A DNA stretch of 64,000 bases from Deltaproteobacteria bacterium (GTDB lineage: Bacteria; Myxococcota; Kuafuiibacteriia; Kuafuiibacteriales; Kuafuiibacteriaceae): the NCBI GenBank assembly GCA_040218735.1, contig JAVJQW010000043.1, positions 352,001 to 416,000 on the forward strand, given 5' to 3'. This document shows positions 1 through 9,539 of the stretch, in pieces. Within the stretch, counting starts at the first letter, position 1. Every line of letters begins with the position of its first letter. The notes below the pieces were generated by a model, which was not told the origin of the DNA, ran no database searches, and was given only the letters and a program-made list of their open reading frames with translations. The position numbers and the translations under genes are program-made.

Positions 1-67
1 CGACGTAGTGGAACGTCCCCGGCACGGGGAGGCTCACGACGACCTCGGCGTACGCGGACGACGACAC
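1..67 (-). CDS. priA: Primosomal protein N' (5' fragment, runs off the window)
   Basis: GTG at 67 reads VSSSAYAEVVVSLPVPGTFHYV, matching the PriA N-terminal pattern YAEVxVxLPxxxTFxY; only 22 codons visible. Confidence 0.6.
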   Translation of the reverse strand, partial: MSSSAYAEVVVSLPVPGTFHYV

Positions 68-73
68 GCGCGA

Positions 74-202
74 CTACCGCGCCGGGGTGGTGGAGGTCGT
101 GGTGCCGGCGTCCGCCGTGCGGTGCGTGACGCGCACGCGCACCTTCTCGCGACAGGCCGCGAGCGAGGCGAGCACGATGAGCGCGAGCACCAGCTTCTTC
201 AT
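74..202 (-). CDS. Small 42-aa putative lipoprotein
   Basis: MKKLVLALIVLASLAAC signal/lipobox; ATG overlaps the TGA of the upstream gene (TGATG). Confidence 0.6.
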   Translation of the reverse strand: MKKLVLALIVLASLAACREKVRVRVTHRTADAGTTTSTTPAR

Positions 203-939
203 CAGGACGTCGGCGGCTCGAGGAGCTGCGGCTCGACGGGCACGTTCACCTGTACTTGGTCGTAGACGACGCGCTGGGTGAGGGTCCCGTTGTCGTAGCG
301 TTCGTACGTGCGCGGGTACCACTCGCCGGTGACGGCCGAGCCGAACCCGTGCAGCTGTTGGTCGACGACATTGCCGGAGCCGTCGACGGTCACGAGCCGC
401 ACCGGCACGCGGAGGATCTTGTCGATCCACAGCTGCGGTTTGTTCGTCTCCCAGGGCTTCGCGCCGATGACGAAGGCGACGCGTTTGTCGAGGCGCGACA
501 GGCTGACGACGCTCGTGTCGATCTTCAAGCGGTCGCAGAAGGCGAGGCCGCGTTTGCCGCCGGGGTCGGAGCTCGCGGCCCCGAGGAAGGTCATGAACGG
601 ATCGTCGGTGACGATCTTCGCGCGCTCCGCCGCCTGCCCGAGGGTTTGTGTCCAGCGCCGAGCGCCGACGGTCGTCTGCACGATCGTCTTGTCCTGGAGC
701 TTGTGCTCGATCCGGTGAGCCTTGCCCGGCACGAGCACCTCCCAGACCGGGTGCGGCGCGTCGGTGCCGACCTCGAGGGTGCCTTCGACGACGAGCGACT
801 TCAGCGCGATCTTGCTGCGGCGTTTGGACACCGACGACAGAATGGCGTCCGCCGGGAGGATATAGGCGTAGGCGATCGAGGAGCAGGCGGTGATCGCGAC
901 GATCGCAAACGCGCGCACCGGATGAATCTTGCGCGGCAT
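202..939 (-). CDS. Exported LolA-like / outer-membrane lipoprotein-sorting fold protein
   Basis: Signal peptide ending in IAYA; beta-rich; LWIDK..VPVRL and WYP motifs typical of LolA-like folds. Confidence 0.55.
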   Translation of the reverse strand: MPRKIHPVRAFAIVAITACSSIAYAYILPADAILSSVSKRRSKIALKSLVVEGTLEVGTDAPHPVWEVLVPGKAHRIEHKLQDKTIVQTTVGARRWTQTLGQAAERAKIVTDDPFMTFLGAASSDPGGKRGLAFCDRLKIDTSVVSLSRLDKRVAFVIGAKPWETNKPQLWIDKILRVPVRLVTVDGSGNVVDQQLHGFGSAVTGEWYPRTYERYDNGTLTQRVVYDQVQVNVPVEPQLLEPPTS

Positions 940-1003
940 GATCCGTCAGCTACCATAGGCCGCCAAGGACGGGGAAGGTGAGTCGCACCTCCGCGGTTTT
1001 CGA

Positions 1004-1912
1004 ATGAAGAGGATGGTCACGAGGATCGAACGCGCACTGCTCTCGACGGTCGTCACGATCCTCGCCGTCGGCGCCGCCGCCCCGGCGTTCGCCCAACAGT
1101 ACGAAGGCGCCCGCCTCCTCGGCCTCGCCGAGGCCCAGCGCGCGCTGACGATGGCGAACGACTCGATCTACATCAACCCGGCCGGGCTCGCTCTGGGGCA
1201 TATGTACAGCCTCGAGCTCGGTTACCTCGACGACATCCGCGGATCCGACCGCCGCTTCAACGCGTCGGTGGTCGACAGCCAGGCCGGCCCCGTCGCCGGC
1301 GGGCTGGCGTACACCTGGACGAAGCGTCGGCCCGAGTTCGCGCCGGAGCCCGACGACCGCCTCGAAGGTCACCGCATGGAGATCGCGCTCGCGACGCGGG
1401 TCGCCGAGAGCGCGGCGATCGGGCTGACCGCGCGTTACATGACGTTCAATCTGCACGACGAAAACGGCGAGCAGATCGAGGACGGCGGGTTCAAGATCTT
1501 CACCGTCGACGTCGGGCTGCAGTGGCGCATCTTCGACGGCCTGTCGATCGGCCTCGTCGGTTACAACCTCACGAACTCCGACGAGCCGGAGGTCCCGCTC
1601 GGTTGGGGCGCGGGGCTCGGCTATCAGCTCGGGTCGTTCTCGATCGAAGGCGACGTCCGCTACAACGCCCAGCGCGGCGAGCCGCGTTACAGCGGCGCGA
1701 TCGGCTACGTGCTCGCGGAGATGGTCGCGCTGCGCGCGGGCGTCAGCTACGACTACGCGACCGAGGGCATCGCGGTCTCCGGTGGCGCGGGGGTGTTCCT
1801 CGACCGCTTCGCGATCGACGTCGGCTACCGGCAGCTCGTCAACGCCGACGACGTCGGCGAGGACTCCGACCAGCGGATCCTCGGGATCGCGCTCCGCGCC
1901 TTGTTTCTCTAG
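1004..1912 (+). CDS. Outer-membrane beta-barrel protein (PorV/FadL-like)
   Basis: Signal peptide (AFA-Q); SIYINPAGL motif; amphipathic strands; aromatic C-terminus. Confidence 0.65.
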   Translation: MKRMVTRIERALLSTVVTILAVGAAAPAFAQQYEGARLLGLAEAQRALTMANDSIYINPAGLALGHMYSLELGYLDDIRGSDRRFNASVVDSQAGPVAGGLAYTWTKRRPEFAPEPDDRLEGHRMEIALATRVAESAAIGLTARYMTFNLHDENGEQIEDGGFKIFTVDVGLQWRIFDGLSIGLVGYNLTNSDEPEVPLGWGAGLGYQLGSFSIEGDVRYNAQRGEPRYSGAIGYVLAEMVALRAGVSYDYATEGIAVSGGAGVFLDRFAIDVGYRQLVNADDVGEDSDQRILGIALRALFL

Positions 1913-1979
1913 ACGGAGGCCGAGCGCGAAGCGGTCGGTCCGACGGCTGTGCCAAGCAGGGCCGCGAAGCGGCGCTGCG

Positions 1980-3035
1980 TTATGGTGTAGCGCGTCGAAA
2001 CTCCCGCACCAACGGGAGGGCGTCGAGCCACGCGGAGGCGTCGGCGCGGTCGCCGTTGTAGTCGCTCGGGGCGCCCGCGTAGCCGGCGGGGATCTGGCTG
2101 AAGCGCTCCTCCTCGGGGATGTCGTCGGCGACGTAGTGGTACTCGTAGCCGGGGACGAAGAGCTGCTCGGCGGCGAAGACGTCGACGACCCGGACGCCGT
2201 AGCTCGACAGCGTGGTGGTGAGCGCCTGGGGCGGCACGATCCACACGTGGCGCGGCGCCGCGAAGAACAACCACTGGATCTGGCGGTTCTCCGAGAGGAC
2301 GCGGAAGCGCTCGATGCGCCCGTGGTAGAGCGTGCTGCGCGACGCGCTCCGCTCCACGATGCCGTCGGCGAAGTCGGGCGCGAAGCCGTCGCGAATTACG
2401 AGCGAGCTCGGGTCGCCGGGGCGCTCGAACCACGCGACCATCGCGCCGTCCGCGATCCGTTGCGTGGGATCCGCCGCCGCCCGTCGGCGCGGACGGACGA
2501 AGTCGGCGTACGGCTCGACGCGACCCCGTGGGGCGTTGCGGAGCACGAGGGTCAGCGCGTCCTCGTCGTTGGCGACGCGCTTCGCGCGTTGGTTCAGCGT
2601 CTCGAGCGCGGTCTGGATCTCCAGCGGGAGGTCCGTCGTCCGCTCGCGCGACACCACCCGCTCGTACGCACCCTCCGGGATGATCTCGACATCGCCCTTG
2701 CCGATCCAGAAGTCCTCGCCGTCGTCGATCACGTGAGAAGCGACGCGCCACACCAACGACAGGTCCTTGTAGAAGATCCGCGCCGACGTCTTTCTCGCGC
2801 CGGGCGGACGCACGTACGCCACGAAGTAACGAAGCTCCGGGATCTGCAGCGGTGCGGAGACGAAGAACGTGGTGCCGAACAACGCGAACTTCGCGCGCGG
2901 CGGGTAGCGCTTCATGAGCTCGGCGGGGTCGACGCGGTTGGCGGTCGCGAGCGGCGCCGCTTCGAGCTGCGCCCAGAACGCCGCGCGAACCTGTCGCGTC
3001 GACAGCGGATCCGGCGCGACGCTGTCGACGATCAC
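1980..3035 (-). CDS. Hypothetical protein (~351 aa)
   Basis: GTG start overlaps the lgt stop (GTGA); globular composition; no family recognised. Confidence 0.7.
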   Translation of the reverse strand: MIVDSVAPDPLSTRQVRAAFWAQLEAAPLATANRVDPAELMKRYPPRAKFALFGTTFFVSAPLQIPELRYFVAYVRPPGARKTSARIFYKDLSLVWRVASHVIDDGEDFWIGKGDVEIIPEGAYERVVSRERTTDLPLEIQTALETLNQRAKRVANDEDALTLVLRNAPRGRVEPYADFVRPRRRAAADPTQRIADGAMVAWFERPGDPSSLVIRDGFAPDFADGIVERSASRSTLYHGRIERFRVLSENRQIQWLFFAAPRHVWIVPPQALTTTLSSYGVRVVDVFAAEQLFVPGYEYHYVADDIPEEERFSQIPAGYAGAPSDYNGDRADASAWLDALPLVREFRRATP

Positions 3036-3880
3036 GCGGCGTGGAGCTTCTTGCGCTGCCCCATCCCGTAGACCGCGAGGATGACGCCCGTCGTGAAGAG
3101 GCCGAGGGAGATGAGCTGGCTCGTCGAGAAGATCGTGCCGAGCATGTCCTCGCCGCGGCCCGCGTCGCCGCGGACGAACTCCACGGAGAACCGCAGGAAC
3201 GGGTAGAGGAAGAGGTAGCCGCACAGGACCATGCCGTGGAAGCGCTTCTGCGTTCGCAGCATGATCAGGATGAAGAACAGCGTGAGGTTGCCGGCCGATT
3301 CGTACAGCTGCACCGGGTGCACGTGCAGCGACGCGACGGCGTCGTGCGCGATGAGCCCGTGCTGCTGCATGCTCTGGTAGGCGAGGCTCCCCGGCGGGAA
3401 CTGCACGGCGAGCGGGTGCGCGGCGTCGACGGGGTCGCCCCAGCAGCAGCCCGCGGCGTAGCAGCCGATGCGCCCGAAGAACTGCCCGAGCGACACACTC
3501 GGGATCAGCGTGTCGGCGACGACCAGGAAGCTGCGCCCCTTCCGACGGGAGTAGAAGATCGAGAGGATCACGGCGCCGAGGAGGCCGCCGTAGAAGACCA
3601 GGCCGCCCTCCCAGATGTAGAAGAACTTCCAGGGCGCGGTGACGAGGCCCATGAAGTCCTCGACCGCGAAGTACAACAGCCGCGAGCCCGCGATGGCCGC
3701 GATCAGGATCCAGAACGTGAGGTCCAGGATGAACTGATCGAAGTTGCCCTCCGTCGACAGGTCGATTCGCCGCGCCTCACGCGCGCCGAGGTTCATGCCG
3801 ATGAGGAAGCCGAGCGCGATCATCAACCCGTACGTGTGCAGGTCGAAGAGGCCGAAGACGTTGAAGAGTACGGGATGCAT
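3032..3880 (-). CDS. lgt: Prolipoprotein diacylglyceryl transferase
   Basis: MHPVLF start; YG, GGLVFYGG, GRIGC..GCCWG, HPVQLYE and RF.VEF.R motifs. Confidence 0.95.
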   Translation of the reverse strand: MHPVLFNVFGLFDLHTYGLMIALGFLIGMNLGAREARRIDLSTEGNFDQFILDLTFWILIAAIAGSRLLYFAVEDFMGLVTAPWKFFYIWEGGLVFYGGLLGAVILSIFYSRRKGRSFLVVADTLIPSVSLGQFFGRIGCYAAGCCWGDPVDAAHPLAVQFPPGSLAYQSMQQHGLIAHDAVASLHVHPVQLYESAGNLTLFFILIMLRTQKRFHGMVLCGYLFLYPFLRFSVEFVRGDAGRGEDMLGTIFSTSQLISLGLFTTGVILAVYGMGQRKKLHAA

Positions 3881-3891
3881 GAAGCAGGGTC

Positions 3892-4578
3892 CTAGGTCGT
3901 CGCCTTCTCGGCGGTCTGGCCGCTCCGCGCGCGTTGCCAGTCGCGGAGCCACTCCAGGATGAGGAGCCCGACGCCCGTGGAGATGGCGGCGTCGGCGAAG
4001 TTGAAGGTCGGCCAGTGCGACTTGCCGACGTACCAGTCGATGAAGTCGATGACGTAGCTGAGGTGGAGGCGGTCGATGAAGTTTCCGATCGCGCCGCCGA
4101 ACACCAACGACATCGCGGCGATCGAGAGGTACTGGTCGTCCTCCAGCTTTCGCACGAACGCGATGATGAAGATGACCGCGGCGATCGGGACGATCAGGAA
4201 GAACGGGATGCGCACGTCCTCGTCGGACTGCGACATGATCCCCCACGCCGCGCCCGGGTTCTCGACGTAGCGCCAGTTCCAGAAGCCGTCGACCACCGAC
4301 ACCGCGCGACAGCGCGCGCGCGCCGTGCGGCACGGGTGTTTGAGGTGCCCGAAGAACGCGCTGATCTGCTCACCCGTGCTCATGCCCTCGAGCTGCGTGG
4401 CGATCTCGGTCTCGGTCATCGGCGTCGACCCGGAGGCGCCCGCCTGCGCGATCGCGGGGGTGAGGTGTTTGACGGCGAGGAACTTGGTCCACTGATCCAC
4501 GATCCCGACGGCCAACCCGACGGCGATCAGGATGATCCAGCGTTTACCCACGCGAGGGCCCTTACCTGTTGCGTTCAT
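3892..4578 (-). CDS. lspA: Signal peptidase II (copy 2)
   Basis: DQWTK, ENPGAAW, GNFIDR, VIDF, FNFAD motifs. Confidence 0.93.
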   Translation of the reverse strand: MNATGKGPRVGKRWIILIAVGLAVGIVDQWTKFLAVKHLTPAIAQAGASGSTPMTETEIATQLEGMSTGEQISAFFGHLKHPCRTARARCRAVSVVDGFWNWRYVENPGAAWGIMSQSDEDVRIPFFLIVPIAAVIFIIAFVRKLEDDQYLSIAAMSLVFGGAIGNFIDRLHLSYVIDFIDWYVGKSHWPTFNFADAAISTGVGLLILEWLRDWQRARSGQTAEKATT

Positions 4579-5240
4579 TGGGGAGCAACGCTGCCTTGGG
4601 GCGTGTCCGCGTTTTTCTTCGCGGCGACGAATTCGAGGATCATGTTCAGCACGATGAGCCCCACGCCCGTCGAGATGGCGGTGTCTGCGACGTTGAACGT
4701 CGGCCAGTACAGGTCCTCGTGGTACCAGAGGATGAAGTCGACGACGTAGCCGAGGTAGAGGCGGTCGAACATGTTGCCGAACGCGCCGCCGAGGATGAGT
4801 GACAGCGCGACGACGAGCATCCCCTGGTCCGGCTCGAGCTTGCGCAGGAACTGGATGACGAACCCGATCGCGATCAGCGACACGACCAGCAGCACGTACC
4901 GACGGCCTGCGAGGATCGACCACGCCGCGCCCGTGTTCTCCGCGTAGCGCCAGCTCCAGAAGCCCTCGATCGACTTCATCTCCGGACAGAGCCGGCCGCG
5001 GCGGGCGCAGGGGTGTCGGACCTCGCCGTAGTACAGGGCCGCCTTGTCGAAGAAGCTCAGGTCCTTCAGCGTCTCCCGAATCTCGGGGAAGGTCGCGACC
5101 CGGCGCTCGGCGCCGAGCTGGGCGTTGGCGATGCCGGGGGTGAGGTGCTCGACCGCGAGGATCTTGCTGGCCTGGTCCAGGACGAAGACCGACAGGCCGA
5201 TCGCGGCCAAGAGCTGCCACTTACGCCTCTCGGCGACCAT
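4575..5240 (-). CDS. lspA: Signal peptidase II (copy 1)
   Basis: DQASK, ENTGAAW, GNMFDR, VVDF, FNVAD motifs; start at 5240 or 5258. Confidence 0.93.
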   Translation of the reverse strand: MVAERRKWQLLAAIGLSVFVLDQASKILAVEHLTPGIANAQLGAERRVATFPEIRETLKDLSFFDKAALYYGEVRHPCARRGRLCPEMKSIEGFWSWRYAENTGAAWSILAGRRYVLLVVSLIAIGFVIQFLRKLEPDQGMLVVALSLILGGAFGNMFDRLYLGYVVDFILWYHEDLYWPTFNVADTAISTGVGLIVLNMILEFVAAKKNADTPQGSVAPQ

Positions 5241-5387
5241 GGGCGTGCCATACCGCATCGACTCGCCGAAAACCCGAGATTCCTCCTCCGCATTTCCGAG
5301 CGCCGAGAAAGAGGGTAAACACCAACGGTCGGACGTCGGCCGGGGGCCGGTGGTGATCCTCGGATCCAGGGGTTATAGCCCACCGTC

Positions 5388-8300
5388 GTGCGCCGGATCT
5401 CGACCGTCCTCGCTCTTTTCGTCGCGTCGAGCTGCGGCTTCGACGGACTCTTCGTCACGCCGCGGAGCTTCGATCCAACACCCCCGCCAACAGTAACTCT
5501 GGTCGGAGTCACTGAGGGCGGCGCGGCGATCACCGTGCACGACCAGGGCGGCAACCTCGTCGCGACTTCGAACGCGGATGCGGCGGGCAACTTCGGCGTG
5601 CAGCTCCCCGCCGAGGTGGTCGCAACGAACCTGCGCGTCACCGCGACGCGCGACGGTACACGCTTCAAGACGATCGTTCCGTTCGCGACGACCGACGAAC
5701 AGACGCCGGTCGGTCGCCTCGACGCGCTGTCCACCGCGCTCGCGCAGCTCGCGACCTACGAGATCGTGGAGGAGGCCGGGTCGTCGTTCTCCGCCACGCC
5801 CGCGACGGCGCTCGCGGCGTTGCTGACGTCGATGGAAGATCGCTCGCCCGCGCTCGTCGCGCTGGTCGACGTCGTGCAGTCGTTCACGAACGCGCCGGTG
5901 CCGATGTTCGATCCGCTGACGCATACGCTCGACGCGTCGGCCTCGCCGCAGGACGCCGAGCGCTACGGTGCCGCGTTGTCCGCCGCCGCCGCCGATTACG
6001 GCTTGGTGGTGCGCTGCGATCCGTCGCGCCTCAACGTCATGTTCACCGTCGATGGCTCCGGTCGCGGACGTGACGGCAACGGTCTGCCGCAGCTCATCCG
6101 CCAGCCGACCGCCGAGGGGCGCATCTTCCTCGGCTTCACGGGCGACGAGTCGTCGCAGGTCACGAGCGACGACATCCCGCGGCGCCTCACGCCGAACGAC
6201 GTCCGCTACGCGATGACCGACGACGGCGAAAACGGCGACGAGGTCGCGAACGACGGCATCTTCACCGTCGTCGTCCCGCTCCCCCGCGGCGCGCGCCTCC
6301 TCTACAAGTACACGAACGGCGCGGCGGGCCAGGGCTTCACGGGCGCCGAGGAGTGGCCGGGCAACGCGCGCATCATCGAGGTCGAAGACGTCCTCACCGG
6401 TCGCCCCGACGGCGAGCCGGACTGCCTCGTCATCCGCCGCGACAGCTTCGGCGACGAAGCCACCAACAAGAACTTCGTGAACCTCCACCCCCGCGCGAAG
6501 GCGCGCGGCGGCTCCGTCGCCTTCGAGACCGACCTCGGCGGCGCCGAGATCCCGGTCGGCCCCAGCGGCGCTTACGTCGGCGGGCTCTTCGCCGAGGACC
6601 TCCGCGGCGCGGCGCCGCTCACGCCGGCCGGCGTCCCCGAGGCGCGGGAGAACGGCGTGTGCACCAAGTGCCCGGCGCCGCTCGTGCTCGATCCGGACGA
6701 CGTCACGCCGCCGCAGCTCGTCGCCGCGGAGCGCATCGCGACCAACCGGGTGCGCGTGCGTTTCTCCGAGCCGATCCTCCGTGAGGATGCGGAGCGGGTC
6801 GCGAGCTTCCTGTACCTCGACGACGCCGGTCGCGCCGTGCCCGTGCTCGCTGCGAGCCCCTCCGGCGCCGACGTCCTGCTCACACTCGAGCCGACCCATC
6901 CGCGCGCGCCCGCGTCGATCGCGGTGCGCTCGATGCGCGACGCGTCGGTGCGCGGCAACCTCCTCGAGACGGCGCAGACCGAAGTCACGCCCGACCGCAC
7001 GCCGCCGCGCGTGCAGAGCGTGACGCCGATGTCGATCCTCGACGTGGATCCCGAAGCGACGGTCGAGGACCCGACCGTCGGTGATCTGATCGAGCTCGTC
7101 CTCGACGAGGTCCCGGAGTCTTCGGCGGCGTCGGATCCCGCGCGCTTCCTCATCGACGGGCTCGAAGTCCTCGCCGCGACGCCGCTCGACACCAACCCGC
7201 CGCGCATCCGCCTCGCGACGGCGACCCAGGTGAAGGGCGCGCCGTACACGTTGACGGTCCGCGGTCTGCGTGACCCGGCCGGTAACTCGATCGAGCAGGA
7301 GCTCCCGTTCGAAGGGTTCGCGCTGTACGAGGTGACGTTCGGCGTGGTGCCCGGCTTCGCGTTCAGCTCGAGCGACGGCACCGAGCGCGGTCTCCCGCGC
7401 GGCGAAGCGCTCTACCTCACCGGCACACCGCTCGCGTCGGCGCGTGATCTCATGGGCCGCGACATCTCTGTGGTCGCGGAAGGGTTCACGCGCACCGACG
7501 TCACCGGTTGGCCGCAGTTCGAGATGACGCCCGGCGCGCGTGCGCACGCGGGTGCGCCGGTCTTCGAGAAGACGGTCCTCCTCCCGCAGGGGTCGTGGGC
7601 GTACAAGGCAGCGCACGGCGTCGAGGGTGAGTACGTCCGTCCGCCCACCACGCTGGAGAAGGTCTACAAGACACTCACCACCGCAAACGACGCGACGGGC
7701 GTGCGCGTCGATCCGGTCACCATGATCGCCGCGAACGGACGCGACTACACCGGCGCGTCGCTCTCCGAGTCCGGCGACGAGCCGCCGCGGTCCGACGTCG
7801 TGTTCAAGCGCGAGGCGCCCGACGAGGTGTGTGAGGTCCACCGCGACACGGTGTGCCCGTACATCGTGCTCGGCGGGTGGCGCGATCTCGTCTTGGATCC
7901 CGGCGGCCGGACGCGTGACTACGACGACGGCATCATCGCCCTCGCGCCGCACCGTCCGGAGCTCCCGGATCTCGACGCTCCGCGTCTGCTCGATGCGCGG
8001 GCGCGTGACTCGTTCTCCATCCTGTTGTCGTTCGACGAGACGATCGTCGCGCCCGAGACGACGCTCGCGGTGTCCGTGACGCGCGCGCGCGACGGCGTCG
8101 GTGTGCGGACGGAGGTCCTCGCGAGCTCGGAGGTCGAGCCGCACCAGGCGGTCGTTCGCCTCGTGGGCGACATGTGTGAGGCGGGGCTGTCGCCCGGCGC
8201 GGCGTACTCGGTGAGCTACCGCGGCGCGCGCAACGAGGCGGGGTTGGTGCAGCGCGAGTCGCGGACGCAGACCATCCTCGCGCCGGATCGCTGTCGGCCG

Positions 8301-9539
8301 TTCTCGCCGCTCACCGACGTGACGCCGCCGGGTGTCGTGCGCGTCGACGCGGTGGATCTCACGGAGCTGCACGTCTACTTCGACGAGCGGATCGACCCGG
8401 CGTCGATCGACGCGACCGCGTTCGAAATCCCGGGCCTGACCGTGGAGTCGGCGGCGCAGCGGCCGGATCGTACGAGTGTCCGCCTCATCACCTCGACGCA
8501 GTCGATCCGCGCGCCGTATCGCCTCACCGCGAGCGGGCTCGCCGACTACGCGGATCCGCCGAACGTCGTGACGAGCACGAGCGTGGACTTCCTCGGGTTC
8601 GGAGAGCTGGATCCGCCGCGCGTCGTGCGTGCGCGGGCGATCGACGCGTCGGAGATCCTGCTGAGGTTCGACGAGCCGCTCGACGTGGCGAGCGCCATGA
8701 ACGCCGCGAGCTACGGACTCGACGGCGGCCAGGTCCGCGCGGTGCGTTTCTCGGGGGACCCGGGGCGGCGCAACCTGGCTTTCAACCCCGAGCTCGCGCC
8801 GCGGGTGATGAACGTGGTCATCCTGGAGACGAGCCCGCTCACGGAGGGGGCGAACCACCGGGTGACCATCGACGGTGTGAAGGATCGCTCCGGGAACGCG
8901 GTGACGACGAGCGTCGAGGTCGTCGGTGTCGCGGCGCCGCCGACGGTCACGGTGGCGTTGGAGGTGGTGATCAGCGACCAGGTCGCGGTGGCGGGGTCGA
9001 TCCCGTCGCGCTCGATCTCGCCCGCGGTGCTGATGAACGCGCGCGAGGGTGTGTTCGTGCTCGGCGCGCGCGCGACGCCGGACCACACGCCGGTCGCGGG
9101 GGCGATGGGCCCGGTGAACGCGTCGCTCGGTGGGTTCGGGGTGGAGGGGCAGCCGCTCGACGGCATCGAGCCGCGCCTCCTCGACAACGGGGCGGCGCCG
9201 GACCGGAAGCAGGCGGACAACGTCTACACGATCGCGATTCCGAACGTCCCGCTGAAGACGACGATCATTTGGAAGGCGTTCGCGCCGTTCACGGTGACGT
9301 ACAAGGACACGAACCCGAACGACTCCCTCGCGGCGTTCGCGGACGCGCTGCCGGGTCCGAGTGTGTTCGCCGACGGTCAGGAGTATCCGGGCAACGAGAA
9401 CGGGATCATCGTGCTCGACGACGGCGACGGCGACGGCATCCTCTACGTGCGCGCGTTGTTCGGCGACGAAATCTCCTACAAGAAGAACACGGGCGCGGCC
9501 GCGTACATCTGGGCCGCGGAGGACGCGGACGCGGAATGA
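5388..9539 (+). CDS. Large modular lipoprotein: five Ig-like (Big_5/SbsA-type) repeats plus three CBM20/choice-of-anchor-X-like modules
   Basis: Lipobox ASSC; DxxPP...F(S/D)E repeats; DDGxxGDxxAxDGIF motif. Confidence 0.75.
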   Translation: MRRISTVLALFVASSCGFDGLFVTPRSFDPTPPPTVTLVGVTEGGAAITVHDQGGNLVATSNADAAGNFGVQLPAEVVATNLRVTATRDGTRFKTIVPFATTDEQTPVGRLDALSTALAQLATYEIVEEAGSSFSATPATALAALLTSMEDRSPALVALVDVVQSFTNAPVPMFDPLTHTLDASASPQDAERYGAALSAAAADYGLVVRCDPSRLNVMFTVDGSGRGRDGNGLPQLIRQPTAEGRIFLGFTGDESSQVTSDDIPRRLTPNDVRYAMTDDGENGDEVANDGIFTVVVPLPRGARLLYKYTNGAAGQGFTGAEEWPGNARIIEVEDVLTGRPDGEPDCLVIRRDSFGDEATNKNFVNLHPRAKARGGSVAFETDLGGAEIPVGPSGAYVGGLFAEDLRGAAPLTPAGVPEARENGVCTKCPAPLVLDPDDVTPPQLVAAERIATNRVRVRFSEPILREDAERVASFLYLDDAGRAVPVLAASPSGADVLLTLEPTHPRAPASIAVRSMRDASVRGNLLETAQTEVTPDRTPPRVQSVTPMSILDVDPEATVEDPTVGDLIELVLDEVPESSAASDPARFLIDGLEVLAATPLDTNPPRIRLATATQVKGAPYTLTVRGLRDPAGNSIEQELPFEGFALYEVTFGVVPGFAFSSSDGTERGLPRGEALYLTGTPLASARDLMGRDISVVAEGFTRTDVTGWPQFEMTPGARAHAGAPVFEKTVLLPQGSWAYKAAHGVEGEYVRPPTTLEKVYKTLTTANDATGVRVDPVTMIAANGRDYTGASLSESGDEPPRSDVVFKREAPDEVCEVHRDTVCPYIVLGGWRDLVLDPGGRTRDYDDGIIALAPHRPELPDLDAPRLLDARARDSFSILLSFDETIVAPETTLAVSVTRARDGVGVRTEVLASSEVEPHQAVVRLVGDMCEAGLSPGAAYSVSYRGARNEAGLVQRESRTQTILAPDRCRPFSPLTDVTPPGVVRVDAVDLTELHVYFDERIDPASIDATAFEIPGLTVESAAQRPDRTSVRLITSTQSIRAPYRLTASGLADYADPPNVVTSTSVDFLGFGELDPPRVVRARAIDASEILLRFDEPLDVASAMNAASYGLDGGQVRAVRFSGDPGRRNLAFNPELAPRVMNVVILETSPLTEGANHRVTIDGVKDRSGNAVTTSVEVVGVAAPPTVTVALEVVISDQVAVAGSIPSRSISPAVLMNAREGVFVLGARATPDHTPVAGAMGPVNASLGGFGVEGQPLDGIEPRLLDNGAAPDRKQADNVYTIAIPNVPLKTTIIWKAFAPFTVTYKDTNPNDSLAAFADALPGPSVFADGQEYPGNENGIIVLDDGDGDGILYVRALFGDEISYKKNTGAAAYIWAAEDADAE

